The notes below the pieces were generated by a model that saw only the letters and a list, made by a program, of their open reading frames with translations, was not told where the DNA came from and did not search any database. Shown piece by piece: positions 56,201 to 64,000 of a DNA stretch of 64,000 bases (positions are counted from its first letter, which is position 1; each line of letters begins with the position of its first letter). Origin of the DNA: Isurus oxyrinchus (Eukaryota); contig JANJGN010000016.1 of NCBI GenBank assembly GCA_026770705.1, positions 28,148,001 through 28,212,000 of the forward strand, written 5' to 3'. Both the position numbers and the translations under genes were made by a program.

Positions 56201-59200
56201 AGGTCTGACAGCATCTGTGGCAAGAAAGACAGGTTCTGAAGAGGAGTCATACAGACTCGAAACATTTACTCTGTCTTTGTCTCCACAGATGCTGTCAGAC
56301 CTGCTGAGTTTTTCCAGCAACTTTTGTTTTTGTTTCAGATTTCAAGCATCCACAGTGTTTTGCTTTTATTTTTCAATTTGTATTTATTTTGAGATGTGTG
56401 CCATGAATTCAGTAGTAATAAGATCACCGAGTCTTATAGGTTTCGTACCAAAAATAATTAAACCTTTAAAAATGATTTTAAGCACATACATAGGTTTACA
56501 AATTGCTACTATGATAACTCTTAGCTCCCCTAGTTAATCTAACTCCCAGTTACACCTGTCAAGGCAACAGTAAAACGCATAGATTTTAAAAGACCCTGGC
56601 AAAGTAACACGACACCCTGAACAGTTGATTTCAAAGTGAGTTTTCTTCACTTCAGTTCGTGTAGACAGCAGCTTGAGGCTTAGAGGCTGGAGGCTTTTCA
56701 CACTTGTTAGATCTTAGAATGCTCTCCTCTCACACGTAACCTCATCTCCTTTGTGAAGGTTTCTCCCTTTTTAATGTAAATCCCATTATCCTGATATGTC
56801 TTTTCAATCCTACTTTTCTAATAATAAAAATCTTTCATAATACCAATTTTATCAGTAACCTTTGGGAAAAATAAACACACTGTTCGGCTTCATCTGACTA
56901 AGTAACATTTCACCACCTCTTTTTAAATTCAAATTACTCTGGTTTATCTAAAAGTGCAAGTTTTTCCTTTACACCTCACATTCTAAAACTTCAGCCATGG
57001 TTACCTATTTAACATTTCAAACCTAGCTTCTCTTCTGATACATCAAAGCCTTCAGACCAGCTGTCTTTAATTCAGTTAATCCACCCCCACACCCACACAC
57101 CCACCCACATATACACACACAGTATCTTACCTTACAATAAATTTCGATAATATTATGAAAATTATTATATTTTCCTGATACCACTGAGCCAACAGGCAGA
57201 GCCTCTTGATATTATCTTTACAGTGATATAAGATTTGGTTTTGATATCTACCAAAAATGCACTGATTGTAATGGTTGCTTCTATGGCAGATCTTTTTGAC
57301 TAAAGCTCTGCGTGAGTTGTGCAACAGCTATTGTTAACCTCTGCACTCTCCTGCCTTATAGCTCCAAAGGGGTTCTCTATTAATGAGAAAAATGGGGTGT
57401 ATCTCTGGGTGGTATAGCTGGAAGTATGATCTATATTGCAAAGTTTTCACTTTGAGAATTAAATTTGGTGTGTCTTACAAAGAAAATTCCTAAGTGATAT
57501 TATTATGCAAGAGTGAAGGAAAGGTGGCCTTGTGTTGTTTTGAAATGGATTAATCAAAAAATCATAGAATGGTTACAGCACAGAAGAAGGTAATTTGGCC
57601 TGTTGAGCCCATGCTGGCTCTCTGTAATTGGAGTTTAGCTATGTCTTGTCCTTTCTCTGGAGACCTGCAAATTATTTTCCCTCCAGTGCTTATCTAATAC
57701 CTTTTGAAAGCCCTGATTGAATCTGCCTCCACTACACTCTCAGGCAGTGCATTCCAGATCATTACCACCCCCTGGGGAAAAAGAAAAAAATCTTCATGTC
57801 TTTGATTCTTTTGCTAATCTCCTTAAATTGGTGTCTTTTGCTTTTCAATCCTTCCGCCAGTGGGGATAGTTTCTCTCTATCGACTCTGCCTCGATCCCTC
57901 ATGATTTTGAAAACTTCTATCAAACCTCCTCTCAACCTTCTCTTCTCCAAGGAGAACAACCTCAGCTACTCTAGTTTATCCAAGTAACGGAAGCCCCATG
58001 TCCCTTTATGCTTTACAGCAACTGTAATGTGTGCCATATGTGATCGGTCTTACAATTGCAATGTTTCTTCTTCTCACAGCGCAAATCCAAGAATGAACTA
58101 GATATTCTCAGTGTCCTACCAAAGGGCTGGCAGCCAGATGAACCAGTTGTTGCTCATACCTACCAGCTGGTACCATCGACCCACATTACCTTCCTTGCTC
58201 AGCGCTACCGCTTTGTTATGGAATTGGATCTCAGTCCATCTACAGGGATTGTGGTGAGTAATTGTTACATTCAGTGGTGAGAGCAAGAGAGAGTTAAAGC
58301 TATTGAAACCAAATATCTGAACAAATGTTGTGTGGTTCATCAGCAACTTTGACTAATAGCTTTCATTCATTGTGCAATATATATATATTTTTAAAATGTT
58401 CTTATTAATTTTTCTTCAGATTAAAGTTCACACATATAGTTGACGGTGAATATAATTTAATGATGGTTTCTGAAATTTAGTTGGTTCAGGTATATGGAAG
58501 ATGCCTTGTAGGATCTAGGCATTGTCATTTGTTAAATGCAAAGACATGGGGTTGGGATGGTTGCTGGCTTGGCAGCTCCACTCTGGCTCTTTGTAGTTGG
58601 TCTCAGTCTGCGTGAGGGATATCTGGATCATGTGGATTTCTAAGATCAACTGCCTGGTACTTCCCAAGTTTCAGGCAATGCCCATAGATCTCATTTCTGA
58701 CTGGCAGATGCCCCACAGATGATTTACATGCATTAGTGCTAATAGTATTATATACTATTGCTTTATTGCATGCCCTTCAACAATATAAAGAGAGATCATA
58801 AAATTTGCTGGTCTCCTTCATTCCTTCTTGTTGCTGAGTCCCTATCACCTTTCTACACCTTAGAGATACTGCTTAAAGCCTACCTCTTTGATCAAACTTT
58901 TGGTCATCTGTCCTAATATTGCCTCGTGGCTCAATGTCAAATCTTTTTGCTAACACTCCTGTGAAGTGCATTGGGATGTTTTGCTACATTAAGGGCAGTG
59001 CAGTTGTTGCTGCCAGTGAACAGATACTCTGCTTGTAAATCCTCCTGATGTGGCTTCATGAAATCATACTGGTGTTGTTGTGAATTGATAATATTACCCT
59101 CAGCCCACTGTTCCACTCATGATATGGCAGGAGTACACCATTAAGATATTGTAAAGGGGCAATTGAAATGACCAAACCTCAGCTAAAATGTTCAAAACTT

Positions 59201-62200
59201 GTGAAAGGATAAGCCCAGCAATTACAGACCAGCCAATGGTTTAACTTCAGTGGTGGGCAAGATTCTAGAAACAATTATTCAGGATAGAATTAGTAGTCAC
59301 ATGGAAAAATATGGGTTGATAAGGAAGAGCCAGCGTGGATTTCTAAAGGAGAAATCATGTTTTACTAACTTGCTGGAGCTTTTTGAAGAGGTAATGGAAA
59401 AGATCAATGAGAGTAATGCTGTTGATGTGGTATACCTGGACTTTCAAAAAGCATTTGACACTGCCACACAACAGATTTGTTAGAAAAGTTATTGCCTATG
59501 GAATAAAAGGGACAGTAGCAATGCGGCTACAAAATTGGCTTCACTGTGTGTCGGTGGTGGTGGGAGTGAATGTTGAAGGTGGTGATGACGTGCCTGTCAA
59601 GCGGGTTGCTTTGTCCTGGATGGTATCGAGCATCTTGAGTGTTGTTCGAGTTGCACTCATCCTATCAAGTGGAGAGTATTCCATTACACTCCTGACTTGT
59701 GCCTTTTAGATAGTGAACAGGCTTTGGGGAGTCAGGAGGTGAGTTACGTGCCACAGAATTCCCAGCCTCTGACCTGCTCTTGTAGCCACCATATTTATAT
59801 GGCTGGTACAGTTCAGTTTCTGGCCAATGGTAACCCGTAGAATGTTGATAGTGGGGGATTCAGCAATGATAATACTATTGAATGTCATGGAGAGATCGTT
59901 GAATTCTCTCCTGTTGGAGATGGTCATTGCCTGGCACTTGTGTGGCGGCTCACCTTGTGTGGCGCAAATGCAACTGGTGGAAGGGAAAGAATGGCATTGA
60001 AAATGCCCACCTTTAAAAAGTAATGTGTATATATAGTAAACATGTATTGAACCGTAATAATTCTGCGATGTAGTTTTTCTTTGTTGTGGGCTTGTTTGCG
60101 GTTAGGTTAAGTCAGTTTGATAACACTGCTGCATCAGGGTCACCCGGTCATGGATTCAAGCTGCATTCTCGTACTGAAGGAATGCTGCACTGTCAAAGTG
60201 CTGTCTTTCAGATGATCAGATGAAAGTGCAGAAGAGGGAAAGTTACCACATTTCCCATGACCAACATCAAAAATAGATTATCAGATTGATTGCCTCGTTT
60301 GCTGTTTATGGGATCTTGCAGTCTTCAGATTAGTTGCTGTTTTTGCCTATAAACAATAACTGCCAATGCTTCAAAAAATATTTAATTTGGTTCTGATGTT
60401 TGGGGTGTTCTAAGCAGGTGAAAGGTGCTTTATATAAATGCAAGCTCTTTTTTTTTAAACAGCTGTGCTTGCTGTTTTACTGCCTATTGCATGTACAGTA
60501 TTTCTTTGAAACTGGATGATAGGACTTTCCCTCTTTTCCAATAGGTATTTATTATTTGTCCGGCTAAGTGATTGTTTGTGTATGCCCCACAGGACGATTC
60601 TACTGGGGAGCTGATTTTTGATGAAGTGTTTCATGCACTCTCAAAGTGTTTAATGGAATTGTTGCGGCCATTTAACGTCCCGGGTACGGATATCGTTTTT
60701 CAACCAGAGATCTACATAACCATTCTTGCTTATTCTTCCATCATAGGACTTCAATCTCACCAGGTGAGCTCTTGATCAGCCTTAAGAATTTCTCTTTCTG
60801 CTGCTGCTGATTGCTGTATTGTTACCAACATAATGTTAGTGAATAAACAAAGATTTTTTTTTGCCTTATTGCATTGCCAGCCGTCCATCCCTCGCACCCC
60901 CAAAAAACATAACGTAAGAAACAGGAACAGGTGTAGGCCAGTCAGCCCCTCAAGCCTGCTCCGTCATTCAATAAGATCATGGCTGATCATCTTGTGTTTC
61001 GATTTCCACATTCCCATCTAACCCCGATAACCTTTAATTCCCTTGCCTAACAAGAATCTGTCTACCTCTGCCTTAAAAATATTCAATGATCCCGTCTCCA
61101 CCACCTTCTGAGGCAGGGAATTCCAAAGTTGCACAACCCTCAAAGAGAGAATTTCTCCTCATCTCCGTCCTAAAAGGGTGACCCCTAATTTTAAAACATT
61201 GCTCCCTAGTTCTGGTCTCATCTACAAGAGGAAACATCCTTTTGACGTCCACCTTGTCAAGGCCGTTCAGGATCTTGTATACTTCAATCAAATAACCCCT
61301 CACTCATCTAAACTCCAATGGAAACAAGCCCAGTCTGTCCAACCTTTCCTCATAAGACAACCCGCTCATTCCAGTTATCAATCTAGTAAACATCCTTTGA
61401 TCTGCCTCCAATGCATTTACATCCTTCCTTAAATAAGGCGACCAAAACTGCACACAGTATTCGGTCTTACCAATGCCTGTATAACTGAAGAATAACATCT
61501 TTACTTTTATGTTCAATCCCCCTCATAATAAGGGATAGCATTCCATTAGCCTTCTTAATTACTTGCTGTACCTGCATACTAACTTTTTGTGACTCATGTA
61601 CTAGAACACCTAGATCCCTGTACACCTCAGAATTATGCAGCCGTTCTCCATTTAAGTAATATTCTGCTTTTTCTATTCTTCTTGCCAAAGTGAACAACTT
61701 CACATTTTCCCACATTAAACTCCATTTGCCGGATCTTTGCCCACTACTCAGCCTATCTATATCCACCTGGTTTTATTTCTAAAGCTGAGATTCATATGAT
61801 TCTTAGACGAGTGGGATTTTGTGCCTGTGCTGTACCAAGTTTGCATATGTAGGCTGTTTTTAATCTTCTCTCTACGCTGTTTATCTCTTTCTCCTGCTAC
61901 CATTTCTTCTTTCTACAAGTAGAGAGTCTGGCTCTGACTGCTCTTAATACTAGCCATTGTCATTGCTACTTTCATTGACAGACAAGATGGAATTTAACCT
62001 AGGAGAGCTGAGAGCCAGATAACTGAAGCATAGATCAATGACACAGCAGGGAACATCTTTTTTCAGCTCAGACCTGAGTTCAAATTCAGTGTATGAGCAG
62101 GATGAAATTTTTTCCCTGTTGGTTGTAATAATCCCAAGTGAAAGCAAGTTTGAGTCATGAAGCTACAGGTCAAAAATTGAAAAAAAAATAATTGAGAAAT

Positions 62201-63733
62201 GTTACTAAATGTATTTGTATCTTGTTTTTGTATTAAATGAATTGTCACAAGTCAAGGACAGACTAAGAATGCACTTATTCAACAGGTGAAGTTGAATTTT
62301 TACTTGGGTTTAGAGCTATTGGCTCAAATTGATGCAAATGGATCTTTTTCCAATTTTCAATCTGTACTACATTTAAACTGGGAGTGTATGATATTGACAT
62401 TGGACAGAATAGGTAGGAACGGACCATGCATCCCAATATAGATTACTTCACATTTTTCATGGACATAACACTTTCTCAAAGTTGGTGCTTTTGCCCAAGC
62501 TGCCTATTCCTGCAGATGTATCTCCCATCTGTGATGCATATGTATTTGCTTGCATGCGCTCTTATACCTGACTTCTGATCTTCATGAGTGCCTATGCATT
62601 GTAGGTTCTAGTTCAAGGCTGTTTATTGGATCGAAACAATTTGGATACTTTCCATCAGAATATCTATCAGCAATTACGAGCGTTTGAAAACAATGTAGCT
62701 GAGGTTCTTCAGCAGCACTACAAGCCCAAACCACAGGTCAGTATCTCAGTAAAATTGGAGGGAAAAAGTAACTCAGTCACCTGAGTAATGCATCCCAAGT
62801 GCTATTAGTACTAATTGGCCATCTCTGAGAGCTTAGTGTTAGATATAGAATTTATATTTTAGTTTAGCCGAGAACTTTTGAAAGGAGCAGTTAATGCATT
62901 TGCCTTTTTTCTGATCAGACCTGAGTTCAAATTCAGTGGAGATGAGCAGGATTAAAAATTTCCCCTGTTGGTTGTAATAAGCCCGAGAGAAATAAGTTTG
63001 ATTCCTTAAATAAATAAGTTTAATGCCTTCCTATTTTGTGCTACATTTGAATTGGGAGAAAAGAATGTGGCTATTACCAACTGGCCAACAGCCTGCATAT
63101 TGAAGAAGTAATATTTCTGACCTGATTGTACAAGAAAATTCACCACTTGACAAAAAGAAAAGTCACGTTATTATTTCTCAAACAGCTAGTAATGTATGAC
63201 TTCAGCCCTTGAAATAAGCATAACGTGACAGCCTTGCCTGGTGATAAACCCTGTAGATAACTGCTCCAGTATATCATGTGTAGTAGAATGGAAGGGCGTG
63301 GATGTTCCTTTTTCTTCTCCCATCCCCGTGCCACCAACACCACCCCATGCTAGGAAATTAACTTCCAATTTTCAGTTGGGATATAAGAGATGAACTAAGC
63401 ATTAACCAGACACCTTCCCCTTTGGAAAGAAATTCAGAAGAGCTAATCCAGTGGGCTACAGATGCAAAAGAACCTTGATTGTAAAGATCTGTTTAACTGA
63501 TCAGAATTTTAGTGTTATGCTGCTAATTGCTAATTCTGGTTTTATATCTAATCTCTTCCCTCTTAAATCACAGTCTGATAGGCCCATTTTATCCCAAGGG
63601 GATACTACTGACTTTTATGATCAGTCTTCACGGAAGATGACTTTTTCCATGGTAACACCAGATATGGGACTCGTCAACATGATCCGCAATGGCATCCTAG
63701 CACTTCAATTACTGCCATCCAACTCCAGCGCAG
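53264..63733 (+). CDS. SZT2: KICSTOR scaffold SZT2, 5' part (exons 1-6); gene continues beyond window
   Basis: join(53264..53290,55161..55286,58080..58253,60593..60763,62605..62736,63574..63733), GT-AG, in frame. [44 protein letters not shown] and [15 protein letters not shown] match the SZT2 N-terminus. Confidence 0.95.
53741..53963 (+). mobile_element. Palindromic Penelope-derived insertion with 9-bp TSD
   Basis: tgtcttcac at 53732-53740 and 53964-53972; inverted arms; gaaacgttaa remnant. Confidence 0.75.
55161..55286 (+). CDS. SZT2: SZT2 exon 2
   Basis: tggcag|[13 protein letters not shown]...PMSESEL|gtgagt. Confidence 0.95.
55511..55876 (+). mobile_element. Penelope 3'-terminal fragment with 14-bp direct flanks
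   Basis: tatttgttgaaata at 55497-55510 and 55877-55890; ends in ctgaagaagaggc...gatgctgccagacctgctgagttttccagc. Confidence 0.75.
56176..56372 (+). mobile_element. Palindromic Penelope-derived insertion with hammerhead core
   Basis: Inverted arms around CTGAAGA-g-gagtc-ataca-gactc-GAAAC (56236-56263). Confidence 0.8.
56399..57180. mobile_element. Possible solo LTR or other interspersed repeat
   Basis: Imperfect inverted termini TGCCATGAA...TTCCTGATA around ~780 bp; no clear TSD. Confidence 0.3.
57560..57995 (-). mobile_element. CR1-type LINE 3' fragment
   Basis: [19 protein letters not shown]. Confidence 0.85.
58080..58253 (+). CDS. SZT2: SZT2 exon 3
   Basis: tcacag|[22 protein letters not shown]...SPSTGIV|gtgagt. 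Confidence 0.95.
59215..59540 (+). mobile_element. CR1 RT fragment abutting a minus-strand LINE fragment (59541-59970)
   Basis: [10 protein letters not shown]...[13 protein letters not shown]...[12 protein letters not shown]. Confidence 0.85.
60593..60763 (+). CDS. SZT2: SZT2 exon 4
   Basis: ccacag|[19 protein letters not shown]...GLQSHQ|gtgagc. Confidence 0.95.
60908..61765 (-). mobile_element. CR1-type LINE 3' fragment
   Basis: [39 protein letters not shown]. Confidence 0.88.
62068..63001 (+). repeat. Two ~85-bp direct repeats (62068-62153, 62915-63001) flanking SZT2 exon 5
   Basis: tcagacctgagttcaaattcagtg...atgagcaggat...ccctgttggttgtaataa.ccc.ag.gaaa..aagtttga in both. Confidence 0.85.
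62605..62736 (+). CDS. SZT2: SZT2 exon 5
   Basis: ttgtag|[44 protein letters not shown]|gtcagt (absent from ORF track). Confidence 0.93.
63574..63733 (+). CDS. SZT2: SZT2 exon 6
   Basis: tcacag|[10 protein letters not shown]...[15 protein letters not shown]|gttaat. Confidence 0.92.
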
Positions 63734-64000
63734 GTTAATACATTGTCCATAATGTATCTTTCTAATTGGAGCTTTAATCCCAAGACAATCTAATTGTTAA
63801 TTTAAATTCCATTAGTAAGCCATTGTTTACTTTAGATCTCAACTGGATCAGTGTCAGGAAAATATAACAATTTTCATAATGTGATTGGAATTTATTGTAA
63901 GGTAAGAATAGTGTGTTCCTGCCTGTCTGTGTGCCTGCCTGTCTGTGGACTTAATTGAATTAAAGACAGCTGGTCTGAAGGCTTTGATGTATCAAAAGAA

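Noticed and set aside
59407-59709. 100-aa ORF spanning two LINE fragments
   Set aside because: Chance read-through across the junction of opposite-strand repeats.

Overview
Vertebrate genomic DNA, most likely a cartilaginous fish (inferred from Deu-domain SINEs, dense CR1/L2 LINEs and Penelope-type repeats). It holds three spliced genes of the conserved ELOVL1-MED8-SZT2 block. ELOVL1 is complete on + (7 coding exons, 5759-22919, 304 aa). MED8 is complete on - (7 coding exons, 53076-30267, 270 aa). The first 6 coding exons of SZT2 lie on + (from 53264), head-to-head with MED8 across a ~190-bp CpG-rich bidirectional promoter. Introns are packed with CR1/L2 LINE fragments, SINEs, MITEs and Penelope-like remnants. 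The most notable unexplained structures are: (1) a family of short Penelope-derived insertions, often palindromic and TSD-flanked, carrying minimal hammerhead-ribozyme motifs; (2) a ~6.5-kb block in MED8 intron 1 made of a large inverted duplication plus strongly strand-biased CpG-rich minisatellites running up to the promoter; (3) an out-of-frame 62-codon upstream ORF overlapping the SZT2 start. The long ORFs at 47-53 kb are repeat artefacts. All family names come from recalled motifs, not database searches, and repeat boundaries are approximate.
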